Notes: generated by a model from the sequence alone, not told the origin. 64,000 nucleotides of DNA from Candidatus Omnitrophota bacterium (GCA_043803685.1 JAZDJU010000037.1:64001-128000); one strand, 5' to 3'; counted from the first letter of the stretch, positions 1-14,300 are shown. Made by a program: numbers and translations.

Positions 1-30
1 TGCTTCGTGTATTTCCTTTCGGTAACTACT

Positions 31-393
31 TTAGAATTGAATGCCGCCCTTACGGATGGCTTCAGCGACGGCCTTCACACGGCCATGGTAAAGATATCCG
101 CCGCGATCAAACGAAATTTTTTGAACGCCTTTTTTCTTAAGCTGTTCAGCAAAAAGCTGCCCCAGCTGCTCGGACACGTGGATCTTTCCTTTTTTCGTGG
201 CGGCTTTCGCAACCGTTTCATCCAAAGAAGACAACGAAGCGATGGTCTTCTGAGAAACATCATCGATCGCTTGCACGAAAATATTTTTCAGGGAACGGTG
301 CACGACCACCCGAGGCCTCTCGGACGACCCCGTGATCTTCACTCGGACCCGACGATGCCTTTGGATCCTTCCCCACTCTTTATCTTGCGACAT
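31..393 (-). CDS. rplR: 50S ribosomal protein L18
   Basis: RPRVVVHRS and FDRGGYLYHGRVKAVAEAIR motifs; spc operon position. Confidence 0.97.
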   Translation of the reverse strand: MSQDKEWGRIQRHRRVRVKITGSSERPRVVVHRSLKNIFVQAIDDVSQKTIASLSSLDETVAKAATKKGKIHVSEQLGQLFAEQLKKKGVQKISFDRGGYLYHGRVKAVAEAIRKGGIQF

Positions 394-493
394 AAGCTCT
401 TAACTCCTCTGCACTGCGTTACTATTGGGTCTATAGATTCGTGGTACAGCACCGCGATCTATAAAAATTTAACTATGACGGAACTCGCCTGGA

Positions 494-1030
494 TTAACTG
501 ACTGTTTTACCCTGTTTGCGACGCACATGCTCGCCCAGGTAGCGAATTCCCTTGCCTTTGTAAGGCTCGGGTTTCATAAAGCTTCGGATCTCCGCCGCTG
601 TCTGCCCCACGCGCTGTTTGTCAGCTCCGGTAATAACGATCGAAGTCGGCTTCGGACATTTGATCTCCACGTCTTTGCCGAACGCATAATCGATAGGATG
701 GGTAAATCCGAGCAAGAGTGTCAACATGGTATCTTTCACGGAAGCTTTCATGCCGACGCCGACGATCTCGAGTTCCTTGGAATAACCCTGCGTCACTCCA
801 ATGACCATATTCTGGATCAAACTGCGCGTCAGACCATGAAGCGCACGATCGGTGCGGATATCCGTGGGACGAGTGACCGTAACTTCCGTGCCATCGACCT
901 TGACCGTTATGCGCGGATGTACGTTCATGGCGAGTTCACCCTTCGGGCCTTGGACCTTGAGGGTTGTTCCTTGAACAGCCACTTTAACTTTTTCGGGGAT
1001 CGTTACTGGTTTTCTTCCGATGCGTGACAT
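494..1030 (-). CDS. rplF: 50S ribosomal protein L6
   Basis: MSRIGRKP start and PEPYKGKGIRY motif. Confidence 0.98.
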   Translation of the reverse strand: MSRIGRKPVTIPEKVKVAVQGTTLKVQGPKGELAMNVHPRITVKVDGTEVTVTRPTDIRTDRALHGLTRSLIQNMVIGVTQGYSKELEIVGVGMKASVKDTMLTLLLGFTHPIDYAFGKDVEIKCPKPTSIVITGADKQRVGQTAAEIRSFMKPEPYKGKGIRYLGEHVRRKQGKTVS

Positions 1031-1061
1031 AATTCCCTTTTGCTATCCGCTTAATGGATCT

Positions 1062-1463
1062 TTACCAAACTGTGCAAAGAATTTCACCGCCGGCCTTGGC
1101 TTCACGAGCCTGCCGTCCGGTTAAAACGCCCTTAGGCGTTGAAAGGATCGCCACCCCGAATCCTCCGAGAACTTTCGGAATCTCCTGATATCCGACATAA
1201 CGGCGCAACCCCGGCGTCGAGATGCGCTTCAGCCCCTGGATCGCTGCCTTTTTACCCCCAGGAAGATACTTCAGATGGATGCGCACAAAATTCTTATTCC
1301 CATCGTTGAACGGCTTCACGTTCTCGATGAAACCCTCTTTCTTCAAAAGCTCCGCGATCCGTACCGTGATCACCGAAGCCGGAGCGGTCAACTTCTCTTT
1401 ATGCGCCTTCGAGGCGTTGCGGATCGATGTTAAAAAATCTCCGATAAAATCATAGCGCGACAT
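1062..1463 (-). CDS. rpsH: 30S ribosomal protein S8
   Basis: D..GDFLTSIRNA, ISTPGLRRY and STPKGVLTG..AR...GGEILC motifs. Confidence 0.98.
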   Translation of the reverse strand: MSRYDFIGDFLTSIRNASKAHKEKLTAPASVITVRIAELLKKEGFIENVKPFNDGNKNFVRIHLKYLPGGKKAAIQGLKRISTPGLRRYVGYQEIPKVLGGFGVAILSTPKGVLTGRQAREAKAGGEILCTVW

Positions 1464-1481
1464 GAAAACCTTTCCTCCTGA

Positions 1482-1667
1482 TTACCAGCTGGATTTGACC
1501 ACGCCCGGCAGCATGCCCGTGTTAGCTAATTCCCGGAAACAGATACGGCAGATTGAAAATTTCCGGATATAGCCGCGCGGACGTCCACACCTCTGGCAGC
1601 GGTTGTACTTTCTGACCTTGAACTTCGGTTCGAGCCTCTGTTTGACGACCAAACAAGTCTTTGCCAT
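1482..1667 (-). CDS. rpsN: 30S ribosomal protein S14, Zn-binding (type Z)
   Basis: 61 aa with CQRC...CRIC and PGVVKSSW. Confidence 0.97.
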   Translation of the reverse strand: MAKTCLVVKQRLEPKFKVRKYNRCQRCGRPRGYIRKFSICRICFRELANTGMLPGVVKSSW

Positions 1668-1677
1668 TTGAAATCCC

Positions 1678-2238
1678 TTATTTCCTGAAAGGAAAGCCCA
1701 TCAACTCAAGGAGCCGCTTTCCTTCTTTGCTGTTCTTGGCCGTGGTCACAAACGTGATGTCCATGCCCTGGGTCTTCTTCATCTTATCAAATTCAACTTC
1801 CGCGAAGATCGTCTGTTCAGTGAGACCGATCGTGAAATTCCCGCGTTGGTCAAAACTCTTATCCAGAAATCCTCGAAAGTCACGAATACGCGGCATGGCA
1901 AAGTTAAAAAGGCGGTCCATGAACTCGTACATACGGCTTCTCCGGAGCGTGACCTTCAGTCCGATCGGAGAACCTTCGCGAAGCTTGAACGCAGAAATCG
2001 ATTTTTTCGCGCGAGTCACCACCGGCTTTTGTCCGACGATACGCGAGAGCTCGATCGCAAGCTGATCCAGGATCTTGATATCCTCCTGACCTTCTTTCAC
2101 CCCCATATTGACAACGATCTTCACCATCTGAGGCGCTTGCATGTAATTCTCATAGCCGAACTCTTTAAGGAGAACAGGAGCTACGTCCGTGCGGTATTTC
2201 TCGAGCAATCTTGGGAGTACGGTCACTTTTTGATTCAT
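1678..2238 (-). CDS. rplE: 50S ribosomal protein L5
   Basis: [29 protein letters not shown] and PRIRDFRG motifs. Confidence 0.98.
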   Translation of the reverse strand: MNQKVTVLPRLLEKYRTDVAPVLLKEFGYENYMQAPQMVKIVVNMGVKEGQEDIKILDQLAIELSRIVGQKPVVTRAKKSISAFKLREGSPIGLKVTLRRSRMYEFMDRLFNFAMPRIRDFRGFLDKSFDQRGNFTIGLTEQTIFAEVEFDKMKKTQGMDITFVTTAKNSKEGKRLLELMGFPFRK

Positions 2239-2243
2239 GTTGT

Positions 2244-2552
2244 TTATAAAACCTCACCTGACGCTTTAATAATACGGTGCTTGGTCCCGTCCGCAAGAAT
2301 GGAATACCCGACGCGGGACGGCTTCCCACTGCGCGGGCAAATGAGCTTCACGTTCGAAATATGGAGCTTCCCTTCCATCTTGGTAATCCCGCCCTTCGGA
2401 TTTTCCTGACTCTTACGCAGAAAACACGTCCGGTAATTGATCTTCTCGATCAAAAGCCTGCCCTCTTTCGGGAACGTGCGCATCACGCGGCCTTTTTTCC
2501 CGGCATCCTTCCCCTTGGTCACCATCACTTCATCACCTTTACGAATCTTCAT
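2244..2552 (-). CDS. rplX: 50S ribosomal protein L24
   Basis: KIRKGDEVMVTKGKDAGK KOW motif; HISNV. Confidence 0.97.
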   Translation of the reverse strand: MKIRKGDEVMVTKGKDAGKKGRVMRTFPKEGRLLIEKINYRTCFLRKSQENPKGGITKMEGKLHISNVKLICPRSGKPSRVGYSILADGTKHRIIKASGEVL

Positions 2553-2555
2553 AAC

Positions 2556-2924
2556 TTAAACGACCTCCGGCGCGAGTGAGATGATCTTGGAAAAATCGCA
2601 GTCGCGAAGCTCACGTGCCACGGGGCCAAAAATACGTGTGCCGCGCGGGTTCTTCTGGTTATCGATCAATACAATCGCGTTCGAAGAAAATTTCACGGAA
2701 GAGCCGTCCTTGCGACGGACCGGGGACTTCGTCCTCACGACCACCGCCCTCACAACCTCTCCTTTTTTGACCGCTCCGCTCGGAAGTGCTTCCTTGACCG
2801 ACGCGGTGATAATGTCTCCCACTTCGGCGGAACGCTTACTGTGACGTCCGATCACGCCGATCATTGCTGCTTTTTTCGCGCCGCTGTTATCGGCGATCTC
2901 AAGAACGCTTCGCATCTGGATCAT
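2556..2924 (-). CDS. rplN: 50S ribosomal protein L14
   Basis: ADNSGAK and [13 protein letters not shown] motifs; start trimmed to the MIQM ATG at 2924, which overlaps the rpsQ stop (ATGA). Confidence 0.98.
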   Translation of the reverse strand: MIQMRSVLEIADNSGAKKAAMIGVIGRHSKRSAEVGDIITASVKEALPSGAVKKGEVVRAVVVRTKSPVRRKDGSSVKFSSNAIVLIDNQKNPRGTRIFGPVARELRDCDFSKIISLAPEVV

Positions 2925-3184
2925 GACGGCAGCACCTTTACGAGACGCCAACGCTTGGTTTTGGAAAGCGGCCGGGTCTCAACGATCTGGACGCGATCCC
3001 CTTCCTTCACCTCGTTCTTTTCATCATGCGCAAAATACTTCACGTGGCGTTTGATGATCTTTTTGAATTTGGAATGCGTCAACAGACGCGTCACAAGTAC
3101 CGAGATGGTCTTGTTCATCTTGGCGCTGACGACCACACCCTCGCGAATTCGCTTTCCTTGAGCATCCGTCTTGGTCTCGGTCAT
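2921..3184 (-). CDS. rpsQ: 30S ribosomal protein S17
   Basis: [12 protein letters not shown] and [11 protein letters not shown] motifs. Confidence 0.98.
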   Translation of the reverse strand: MTETKTDAQGKRIREGVVVSAKMNKTISVLVTRLLTHSKFKKIIKRHVKYFAHDEKNEVKEGDRVQIVETRPLSKTKRWRLVKVLPS

Positions 3185-3387
3185 GACTTTTTCTCGCCTT
3201 TCATCTTTTCAGTGATCACGGTCTTGACACGCGCGATATCGCGCTTAGCTTCCTTGAGAGTGGAATGGCGTTCGAGCTTGCCGGTCTTATGTTGGAACCG
3301 GAGCTGCATCAAACCTTTCTTGAGGCCATTGACCTTCTCATTCAATTCCGTAACGCTTAGCTCTTTTAACTCCGCAACTTTTAACAT
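3181..3387 (-). CDS. rpmC: 50S ribosomal protein L29
   Basis: LRFQ...G.L...RDIARVKT motif; between rplP and rpsQ. Confidence 0.96.
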   Translation of the reverse strand: MLKVAELKELSVTELNEKVNGLKKGLMQLRFQHKTGKLERHSTLKEAKRDIARVKTVITEKMKGEKKS

Positions 3388-3388
3388 A

Positions 3389-3808
3389 TTAAACCGCTAC
3401 CTCACGTTTCACGAATTTTGTACGGAACGGGATCTTATGAGCGCAAAGCCTCATGGCGGAACGCGCCATCTCTTCAGGAACGCCCCCCATCTCAAAAAGG
3501 ATCTTGCCGGGCTTAACGACTGCGACGTAATGCGACGGAGCCGCTTTTCCTTTACCCATGCGCGTCTCAGCCGGTTTTTTTGAAACCGATTTATCCGGGA
3601 ACACACGCAGCCAGATCTTGCCGCCGCGTTTGACGTGACGCGTCAAAGCCACACGAGCCGCCTCGATCTGAACTCCCGTTAACCAATGACAGGAAAGCGC
3701 TTTTAGACCGAAATCCCCAAAAGACAGCTCACTCCCACGCGTGGCAACCCCGCGCATCCACCCGCGCTGCTGCTTTCGGAATTTAACCCTTTTAGGCTGT
3801 AGGGGCAT
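3389..3808 (-). CDS. rplP: 50S ribosomal protein L16
   Basis: [12 protein letters not shown] and ETRMGKGK motifs; start trimmed to ATG 3808 (MPLQPK). Confidence 0.97.
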   Translation of the reverse strand: MPLQPKRVKFRKQQRGWMRGVATRGSELSFGDFGLKALSCHWLTGVQIEAARVALTRHVKRGGKIWLRVFPDKSVSKKPAETRMGKGKAAPSHYVAVVKPGKILFEMGGVPEEMARSAMRLCAHKIPFRTKFVKREVAV

Positions 3809-4556
3809 CGCTCTTATTCTCCTGCGTCCCGCTATGAGGGGTCGCTTCCGTAGTTTCCGTTTTCTGGATCTCTTCTTCCACGACTTTAAATTTTTTCTCA
3901 AGCTCGAGCTTTTGAGCTTCCTGTTCTTTCTTCACAAGCACATCTCCCTTATAGATCCAGGTCTTGCAACCAATGGTCCCATAGGTCGTGAAGGCTTCGG
4001 CAAAACCGTAATCAATGTCTGCGCGGAAAGTGCTGAGCGGAACTTTTCCCTCATGATATTTCTCCTCGCGGGCGATCTCCGCTCCTCCGAGACGTCCCTT
4101 GCACTGAACTTTGATACCTAGGGCACCCTTCTGCATCGCGAGCTGAATGGATTTTTTCATCGCGCGACGGAAACCGATACGTTTTTCAAGCTGCAGGACG
4201 ATATTTTCGGCCACGAGCTGCGCATCGATCTGCGGCATCTTCACTTCCTTGATGTCTAGAAACACTTCATTCTTCGTCAAAGCCGCGAGATCTTCTTTGA
4301 TCTTATCGATCTCTTGCCCGCGGCGGCCAATGATCACACCGGGCTTGGCCGCAAAAATACGGATGCGAATACGGTTCGACGCACGGTCGATCTCGATCGA
4401 GGAGATGCCGGCAATAGCCAACTTCTTCTTCAAATAAGCTCGGATCTTAAGATCTTCCATGAGAATCGTCCCGGCATCACGCTTGGCGAACCAACGCGCT
4501 TTCCAGGGCTTGATATACCCAAGCCGTAAACCGTAAGGATGCACTTTCTGACCCAA
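3792..4556 (-). CDS. rpsC: 30S ribosomal protein S3
   Basis: [13 protein letters not shown] and [10 protein letters not shown] motifs; TTG start after a GGAGGT SD. Confidence 0.98.
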   Translation of the reverse strand: MGQKVHPYGLRLGYIKPWKARWFAKRDAGTILMEDLKIRAYLKKKLAIAGISSIEIDRASNRIRIRIFAAKPGVIIGRRGQEIDKIKEDLAALTKNEVFLDIKEVKMPQIDAQLVAENIVLQLEKRIGFRRAMKKSIQLAMQKGALGIKVQCKGRLGGAEIAREEKYHEGKVPLSTFRADIDYGFAEAFTTYGTIGCKTWIYKGDVLVKKEQEAQKLELEKKFKVVEEEIQKTETTEATPHSGTQENKSDAPTA

Positions 4557-4583
4557 AATAACCTCCCTTAGACTTCGTTCTTT

Positions 4584-5043
4584 TTAAGCCGCAGTAGCGG
4601 TTTTTTTCTTACTTGTCGTTTTCGCGTCTTCCGGCGTTCTTCCGCACCAGATGTGTTCCCCTTCACGAACTTCCACCGTCAAGTGGGTAGTCCGTTTCAG
4701 GATCTTATCCGCACGCCCCATCGAACGGGTGAGGAACCGCTTGAACACTGGCCCACCGTCAGCGCGAACATTCGAAACATAAAGACGATTTTCATTCAGT
4801 CCCAGGTTCTTAGCATTCGCGATAGCGCTTTTCAGCGTCTTGACCGCAAGTTTCGCACCCTTTTTTTTTAAGAAGCATCAGGATCCCGACCGCTTCCAGA
4901 GCCGGCTGCCGGCGGATCGTATCGATCACAAGACGCATCTTTCGCGGGGCGATCCTAATATGCTTCGTGAGCGACCGGACCACGCGCGGCGACGGCGCGA
5001 CCATTTGTTTCACTTCTTTGATTTCTTTTTTTTCTTTAGCCAT
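4584..5043 (-). CDS. rplV: 50S ribosomal protein L22, interrupted by a +1 frameshift in an A9 run at 4861-4869 (probably an assembly error)
   Basis: N-half RIAPRKMRLVIDTIR. Removing one A gives ...LKKKGAKLAVKTLKSAIANA...ADGGPVFKRFLTRSMGRADKILKRTTHLTV...TAA*, 152 aa. Confidence 0.93.
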
Positions 5044-5057
5044 GATGTTCTTTCAGA

Positions 5058-5357
5058 TCAAGTCGTTGAGCCGGAGGCAAGGGCTTTCGCCTTATCGCCC
5101 GAAGCACTATGCTTTCTGAACGTTCGCGTCGGAGAGAATTCCCCGACCTTGTGTCCGACCATATTCTCAGTCACGAACACATTGATAAAAGTTTTTCCGT
5201 TATGGACCGACAGCGTCACGCCGATGAACTCCGGTGTGATCGTAGAACGCCGCGACCATGTTTTGATGGGGCGACGATCCTTCTTTTGATTTGCGGTCTG
5301 GACCTTGCCTAAAAGTCTGTCGTCAACGTAGACGCCTTTTTTTGCTGAACGGCTCAT
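5058..5357 (-). CDS. rpsS: 30S ribosomal protein S19
   Basis: [10 protein letters not shown] and [13 protein letters not shown] motifs. Confidence 0.98.
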   Translation of the reverse strand: MSRSAKKGVYVDDRLLGKVQTANQKKDRRPIKTWSRRSTITPEFIGVTLSVHNGKTFINVFVTENMVGHKVGEFSPTRTFRKHSASGDKAKALASGSTT

Positions 5358-6181
5358 TTTCTGCGATCCTTCACGATGTATTTGTTCGATGCCTTATAGC
5401 GCTTGCGCGTCTTGAGACCCTTCGACTTCTGCCCTGTCGGACTCTGGGGATGATTCCCGCCCTTTGACTTACCCTCACCGCCACCCAACGGATGGTCGAC
5501 TGGGTTACGCGCCACACCACGTGAAACAGGACGACGTCCCAACCACCGTGCACGTCCAGCTTTCCCAAGAACAATATTCTCATGGTCGATATTGGAGCAC
5601 TGCCCGATCGTCGCGTACGACTTTGCCGGGACAAGCCTCACTTCTCCCGAGGGAAGTTTAATATGCGCCATATTATTCTCCTTCGCAAGGATCTGTGCCA
5701 CGACACCCCCGGCACGCGCCAACTTACCTCCCAGTCCAGGACGAAGCTCGATATTGTGGATCATGGATCCTTCAGGGATCTTCTCAAGCGGCAAATGATT
5801 CCCAACCTTTACATCCACATCCGGCCCGCTCACAACTTTCTCGCCGACTTTGAGACCGTCCGGACAAAGAATATAGCTCTTGAGCCCGTCCGTATACTGG
5901 ACAAGCGCGATGCGTGCGCTTCGGTTAGGATCATATTCCACGGTCAAAACCGTGGCTTCCATACCGATACGATTCCGCCTGAAATCGATCAAACGAATAC
6001 GCCGCTTATGCCCGCCCCCAATGCGACGCGAAGTGATATGACCATGGTTGTTACGTCCGCCCGAGCCTTTTTTAATATAGGTCAAAGGTTTATAAGGACG
6101 ATCCGTGGTAATCTCCACAAAATCAGAAACGTTTCCGTATCGCCGCGTCGGTGTTGTTGGTTTAAATTTAATGAGTCCCAT
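5354..6181 (-). CDS. rplB: 50S ribosomal protein L2
   Basis: [21 protein letters not shown] and [12 protein letters not shown] motifs. Confidence 0.99.
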   Translation of the reverse strand: MGLIKFKPTTPTRRYGNVSDFVEITTDRPYKPLTYIKKGSGGRNNHGHITSRRIGGGHKRRIRLIDFRRNRIGMEATVLTVEYDPNRSARIALVQYTDGLKSYILCPDGLKVGEKVVSGPDVDVKVGNHLPLEKIPEGSMIHNIELRPGLGGKLARAGGVVAQILAKENNMAHIKLPSGEVRLVPAKSYATIGQCSNIDHENIVLGKAGRARWLGRRPVSRGVARNPVDHPLGGGEGKSKGGNHPQSPTGQKSKGLKTRKRYKASNKYIVKDRRK

Positions 6182-6197
6182 AAATCCTTTTCTCTTT

Positions 6198-6485
6198 TTA
6201 CTTCGTCAGATCGATCTTTTCGCCCTTTTTCAGGGTCACGATCGCCTTTTTCCAGGCCGCCGTCTGTCCGGGCACGTGACGCACGCGACGCCATTTCCCA
6301 GAAACATTCATCGTGTTCACACTTTCCACGTGGACCTCGAAGATCTTCTCGATGGCCGCTTTCACTTCTTTTTTATTCGCTTGCGGATGCACACGGAACC
6401 CATACTGGCTCGCAACCTCGGCAGCCTTGGACAGCTTCTCAGTGATCCAAGGCTCGATCACAACATCGTAAAGATTAAGCTTCAT
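6198..6485 (-). CDS. rplW: 50S ribosomal protein L23
   Basis: PWITEK, ANKKEVKAAIEKIF and WKKAIVTL motifs. Confidence 0.97.
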   Translation of the reverse strand: MKLNLYDVVIEPWITEKLSKAAEVASQYGFRVHPQANKKEVKAAIEKIFEVHVESVNTMNVSGKWRRVRHVPGQTAAWKKAIVTLKKGEKIDLTK

Positions 6486-7131
6486 TCGACTTCTCCTTCA
6501 CCGTTACCGCTAACCGCTTTTCAATCAATTCGATCGCGGCCTCATCGATCACAAGTTTTCCGCGCTGCATCACATCATACGCCGTGAAATCCGAAGCCTC
6601 TTTCACAGCGATCTTCTCGCGAAAATTGCGAGTCGCTCGTTTAAAAATCGGGGTCGCTTCCTTGACAATATAAAGAGCCCGCTTCTTCGAGATCGGCAAC
6701 GCTTTCACGATCGCTGCGAATTCCTTGGTTTTTGAAGTCTCGAGCTTCACCGCCTCAAGCAGGATCAGATTCTTTTCCTCAGCTCGCTTGCTCAGCATCA
6801 CCCTCAAAGCCAGGTTCCGGATCGTTTTGGATAAGTTAACGGTGTAATCCCTCTGATGAGGACCAAACACCGTACCTCCACCCACCCAGATCGGAGAACG
6901 GCTCGAACCAGCGCGCGCCCGTCCAGTCCCTTTTTGCTTCCAAGGCTTTTTTCCGCCACCACGCACCTCACCGCGTGTTTTGGTGTCGACAGTCCCCTTA
7001 CGGAGATTGCCCGAGTAAGCATTTCTCACAAGCTCCAAAAGGCGGTCGTTAGCCCGAACCCCGAAGATTTCGGGATTCAAAACCACCTCTTGTTTCTTCT
7101 TACCCTCTTTTGAGTAAAGAAGCACTTTCAT
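6475..7131 (-). CDS. rplD: 50S ribosomal protein L4
   Basis: [27 protein letters not shown] motif. Confidence 0.98.
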   Translation of the reverse strand: MKVLLYSKEGKKKQEVVLNPEIFGVRANDRLLELVRNAYSGNLRKGTVDTKTRGEVRGGGKKPWKQKGTGRARAGSSRSPIWVGGGTVFGPHQRDYTVNLSKTIRNLALRVMLSKRAEEKNLILLEAVKLETSKTKEFAAIVKALPISKKRALYIVKEATPIFKRATRNFREKIAVKEASDFTAYDVMQRGKLVIDEAAIELIEKRLAVTVKEKSNEA

Positions 7132-7214
7132 CTCTTATGCCTTTCTTTCGATCCTTAGATCGTTCAACCTGAGCTTAACTACTAGGAGCGTGCTTTCGTT
7201 CCGTCTTGAGGTTT

Positions 7215-7934
7215 TTAAGCTTTGGAAGTTTCCGAGGAAGTTTCCTTCGGGGACTCCTGCTTACCACTTCTCACTTTCCAGGAACTTTTCCTGCCGCGCT
7301 TAAGCGCGCTACGAATGATCAAATACCCACCTTCGGCGCCCGGGACACTACCGCTAAGCGCAAGCAAATGATTCTCCGCATCCACTTTCATAACCTTAAG
7401 ATTATGTATACAGATATTTTCGTCGCCCATATGACCGGGAAGCCCTTTGCCCTTACGGACTTTTTTACGGCAACCCACGCCGCCGGCTTTTGATCCGATA
7501 GAGCCCGGTACGCGACCAAACATGGAACCATGACTCGAACTCGCGCCGCCTTTATAATTGAGACGCTTTACGACACCCTGGAATCCTTTTCCGATGGAGA
7601 CGCCTTCAATGTCCACATATTCCCCGATCTCAAAGTTCTCTGCGCGGAGCTCGCTGCCGACACTTAAATTCGCAATGTCTTCCGTTCTGATCTCACGAAT
7701 AAATCTTACCGGCGGAACATTCGCCTTACGAAGCGCACCCAACTTGGGCTTGTTCAGGGTCTTCTCCCTGACAACATCAAATCCAAGCTGAACGCCAAGA
7801 TACCCATTCTTCTCCTTGGTGCGAAGCGCCGTCACAAAACACGGCCCCACCTCCACCACTGTCACCGGAATCTGCTGACCTTCGCCGTCGAAGATTTGGG
7901 ACATTCCGACTTTCTTACCTAGTAGACCGATCAT
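7215..7934 (-). CDS. rplC: 50S ribosomal protein L3
   Basis: [20 protein letters not shown] and PGHMG motifs. Confidence 0.98.
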   Translation of the reverse strand: MIGLLGKKVGMSQIFDGEGQQIPVTVVEVGPCFVTALRTKEKNGYLGVQLGFDVVREKTLNKPKLGALRKANVPPVRFIREIRTEDIANLSVGSELRAENFEIGEYVDIEGVSIGKGFQGVVKRLNYKGGASSSHGSMFGRVPGSIGSKAGGVGCRKKVRKGKGLPGHMGDENICIHNLKVMKVDAENHLLALSGSVPGAEGGYLIIRSALKRGRKSSWKVRSGKQESPKETSSETSKA

Positions 7935-7945
7935 AATTTTCTCTT

Positions 7946-8260
7946 TTACAGTTTAATTTCAACATCCACGCCTGCCGGGAGGTCGAGTTTCATCAACGCG
8001 TCCACGGTTCGGGAAGTCGGTTCTTCGAGTTCAATAAGACGCTTATGCGTCCGGATCTCAAATTGATCGCGAGCTTTTTTATCGATATGCGGCCCACGGA
8101 GCACCGTCGTTTTCCAAACATGCGTCGGAAGAGGGATCGGACCGATCACCTTCGCGCCGGTCTTCTTCGCAGTTCCCACGATCTCCTGGACCGACTGATC
8201 CAACACGCGGTGGTCATACGCTTTTAATTTGATACGGATCTTTTCTTTAGTTTGCGCCAT
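7946..8260 (-). CDS. rpsJ: 30S ribosomal protein S10
   Basis: [17 protein letters not shown] and [10 protein letters not shown] motifs. Confidence 0.99.
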   Translation of the reverse strand: MAQTKEKIRIKLKAYDHRVLDQSVQEIVGTAKKTGAKVIGPIPLPTHVWKTTVLRGPHIDKKARDQFEIRTHKRLIELEEPTSRTVDALMKLDLPAGVDVEIKL

Positions 8261-8265
8261 TTTTT

Positions 8266-10347
<2,082 letters not shown>

Positions 10348-10356
10348 TTTAAATAC

Positions 10357-10440
10357 CGTATTTTGTAAGTCGTATATTGTATGTCGTTAAATGCTCTTTG
10401 ACCTTTTCACCGTATTTCGATATACGACATACGATTTACT
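10357..10440. repeat. Heptamer-array inverted repeat element (rpsG-fusA spacer)
   Basis: Left arm cgtattt/tgtaagt/cgtatat/tgtatgt; right arm atttcga/tatacga/catacga is the reverse-complement family. Confidence 0.7.
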
Positions 10441-10445
10441 TCCTT

Positions 10446-10913
10446 CTACCACCGATAATGCGCGAAAGCCCTATTCGCTTCCGCCATCTTGTGCATATCT
10501 TCCCGCTTCTTGATCGAAGGGCCCGTCTTATTAAAACCGTCGATGATCTCCTGCGCCAACTTTTCGTGCATAGGCTTTCCCTTGCGGTCACGGGAATAGC
10601 TGCGGATCCAACGAAGAGCTAGGGAGTAACCTCGATCTTCAGAAACGCTGACCGGCACCTGATACGTCGCCCCACCTACGCGCCGGGACTTTGTCTCCAG
10701 GAGAGGGCGCACATTATCTAACGCCGCGCGGAAAACTTCAAGAGGTTCTTTTGATGTTTTTTCTTTGACGATATCGAGGGCATCATACACGATTCTCTCG
10801 GCGGTGGACTTCTTGCCGCATTCCATCACGATGTTGATGAACTTAGCGATCAAGAGATCCCCGTAGCGCGGGTCCGGATCGATCAATCTTTTTTGAGCGC
10901 GTCTTCTTCTCAT
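10446..10913 (-). CDS. rpsG: 30S ribosomal protein S7
   Basis: [12 protein letters not shown] and [15 protein letters not shown] motifs. Confidence 0.99.
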   Translation of the reverse strand: MRRRRAQKRLIDPDPRYGDLLIAKFINIVMECGKKSTAERIVYDALDIVKEKTSKEPLEVFRAALDNVRPLLETKSRRVGGATYQVPVSVSEDRGYSLALRWIRSYSRDRKGKPMHEKLAQEIIDGFNKTGPSIKKREDMHKMAEANRAFAHYRW

Positions 10914-11302
10914 GTTTTCTTAGCATCCTTTTTCGGGGTTTTCGCGCCGTACTTCGAACGCGATTTTTTGCGGTCCGCAACGCCGGAGGCATCCAGTTTC
11001 CCGCGAACAATATGATAACGAACGCCCGGAAGGTCCTTGACGCGACCGCCGCGCACGAGCACGATCGAGTGCTCCTGGAGGTTATGACCCACGCCCGGAA
11101 TGTATGCCGTCACTTCCTGCCCATTCGTCAGACGCACACGGGCGATCTTTCGGAGAGCCGAGTTCGGTTTTTTCGGAGTTTGGGTTCTGACGATCAAGCA
11201 CACGCCTTTGCGGAACGGAGAATTTTGCAATGCGGGTGACTTAGATTTTCCTTTAAACTTATTCCTTCCAAAACGGATCAACTGGTTGATGGTCGGCGCC
11301 AT
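10910..11302 (-). CDS. rpsL: 30S ribosomal protein S12
   Basis: [11 protein letters not shown] and [12 protein letters not shown] motifs. Confidence 0.99.
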   Translation of the reverse strand: MAPTINQLIRFGRNKFKGKSKSPALQNSPFRKGVCLIVRTQTPKKPNSALRKIARVRLTNGQEVTAYIPGVGHNLQEHSIVLVRGGRVKDLPGVRYHIVRGKLDASGVADRKKSRSKYGAKTPKKDAKKT

Positions 11303-14300
11303 TATGAAATCTCCTTGGATGCGCTGGCTTCTTCGGCAGCTTTTTCTTTCTTCCCGGCGTCAGGGTCCGGCAAAACATCAGAAAGATCTTTGATGAGGTC
11401 AATATTATGGTGGATCTTGAAACCCGTTCCCGCGGGGATCAAATGCCCCATAATGACATTCTCTTTGAGCCCTTGCAAAAAGTCCCGCTTGCCGGCAGAA
11501 GCCGCTTCCGTGAGCACGCGCGTGGTTTCCTGAAAACTCGCGGCCGAAATAAAACTGTCTGTCGTAAGCGACGCCTTGGTGATCCCCAGAAGGATCGAGG
11601 TGCCTTTGGCGGGCTCCTTACCTTTCTTGATCATCTTGGCATTCTCTTCCGCAAACTTAAGTTTCTCGACATGCGAACCGACGAGGAATTCCGTATCTCC
11701 TGAATCCTCAATGCGAACCTTGCGGAGCATCTGGCGGACGATCGCCTCCACGTGCTTGTCGTTCAGTTTGACCCCTTGCAAACGATAGACTTCCTGAACT
11801 TCGTCCACGAGATACTGCTGCAGATTTCTTTCCCCCGAAACACGGAGGATATCCTGCAACACGACAGGACCGTCCACGAGTTGCTGGCCGGCGAGGACCC
11901 TGTCCCCCTTGTACACGTTCAAGTGCTTACCGTGAGGAATCAAATATTCCTTAGCCATACCGGTCGAGCTCTTCACGATGATCTTGCGTTGCCCCTTCAC
12001 GATCTCACCGATTTCCACCACACCATCGATCTCGGAAATAACGGCCGGATTCTTTGGCTTGCGGGCTTCAAAAAGTTCCGCAACACGTGGAAGACCGCCT
12101 GTGATATCGCGGGTCTTGGCGATCTTGCGCGGCGTTTTCGCGAGAAGCGTTCCGCCCGTGATCGCTTGTCCATCCTTCACCACAATGTGCGCCCCTGTCG
12201 GGATCGGATAGAACGCGATAATCTCGTCCTTATCCCCAACCAAAAGCAATTGCGGATGCATGTCTTCTTTGTGCTCGATGATCACGCGCTCGGTCAAACC
12301 GGTGGTCGCGTCGAGCTCTTCATTCATCGTAACGCCAGCTTTAATGTCCTCGAAACGAACCTTTCCGGAAACCTCGGTCAAAATCGGAACTGTATACGGG
12401 TCCCACTTCACAAAGATCTCACCCTTCTTGACCTTTTCCCCGTCTTTAAAATGGATAAACGCCCCGGTCGGGATCGTGTATCGTTCGAGCTCGCGACCCG
12501 TTGCGTCGTGAAGCGACAGTTGGCCGTTACGATTAAGCACGACAGTTTCGTTCGTTTTCGTGACGACCGTTTTCAAATTGTGGGACTGTAAAAAGCCTTC
12601 ATTGCGTGCGCGGTAATAGGACTGCTCGACCACACGTGACGCCGTTCCACCGATATGGAACGTACGCATGGTCAACTGAGTCCCGGGTTCGCCGATGGAC
12701 TGTGCGGCAATAATACCGACCGCGGTCCCATGCTCCACAAGACGGCGCGTCGCAAGATCCCGTCCGTAACATCTCGCGCAAATACCTTTTTGAGATTCAC
12801 AGCAAAGCACCGAGCGAACGCGGATCTTCTCGATCCCCGCGCCTTCGATCTTCTTGACAATGTTTTCATCAATGAGATCGCCAGACTTAACGATTACCTG
12901 GTCAGTGATAACGTCCACAACGTTGTCCAAAGCCACGCGCCCGAGGATCCGGTCGTACAGGGACACGATCACTTCTTCACCCTCGTACACAGGTTCCATC
13001 ACGATCCCGTTCAAGGTGCCGCAATCGTCCAAGCTAATAATCACATCTTGCGCCACATCCACCAAACGACGGGTCAAATACCCAGAGTCTGCCGTCTTAA
13101 GCGCGGTATCAGCCAAACCTTTACGCGCACCGTGAGTGGAGATGAAATACTCAAGCACAGTCAAACCTTCGCGGAAATTGGCAGTGATCGGGCTTTCGAT
13201 GATCTCACCGGAAGGCTTCGCCACCAGTCCGCGCATACCGGCCAACTGGCGAATCTGCTGTTTCGAGCCACGGGCACCAGAGTCGGCCATCATAAAAATT
13301 GGATTGAAAGCATCAAGCGCTTCAAACATCACGTCCGAAACGCGGTCGGTGGTATGCGTCCAGACGTCGATGACTTTGTTGTAACGTTCACCGTCGGTAA
13401 TGACGCCCTGCTTATACTGACTCTCAATGGCTTTCACTTCTTTGCGGGCTTCATTTAAAATGCCCTCTTTAGCATCAGGGATCTGAATATCATCGATCCC
13501 GATGGAAAGACCGGCCTTAGTCGCTTCCGCAAAACCGAGCGCTTTCAATCTATCGAGAAGCATCACAACAGCTTCATGTCCGAACGTGTTGTAACATTCC
13601 GCAATAATCTTGGAAAGCTTGCCCTTATTCACAATGTCGTTTACGTGACGGAACCCCTCGGGAAGCTCTTCGTTAAAAATAATGCGCCCCATGGTCGTTT
13701 CCACGATCTCGCCGGTCTCCAAGCGAAGTTTGCACTTCGCGTGTTTATGGATCTGCCCGTCCTGATAAGCGAGCATCGCCTCTTCCGCGTCGCTGAACGC
13801 CAGACCTTCTCCGAGAACCTTATCGCGAACTTTGGTCAAATAATAGATCCCGAGGACGATGTCCTGCGTCGGCGTCATGATCGGCTGTCCGCTCGCGGGC
13901 GAAAAAATATTATTGGCAGAGAGCATCAGAATTCGCGCTTCCATCACAGCCTCCATGGAAAGCGGCACGTGAACGGCCATCTGGTCACCGTCAAAGTCGG
14001 CGTTGAAGGCCGTACAAACGAGTGGATGAATGCGGATAGCGTTGCCTTCAATCAGCATGGGCTCGAAAGCCTGAATGCCCAAGCGATGGAGCGTCGGCGC
14101 GCGGTTCAGCATTACCGGATGTTCTTTAATCACTTCTTCCAAAATATCCCATACTTCGGGCTTCACGCGCTCAACCATTTTTTTCGCAGAGCGAATGGTA
14201 TGCACATGCCCGCGTTCCTTGAGCTTGCGGATAATGAACGGTTCGAAAAGTTCGAGCGCCATTTTCTTAGGCAACCCGCACTGGTGGAGCTTGAGCTCGG

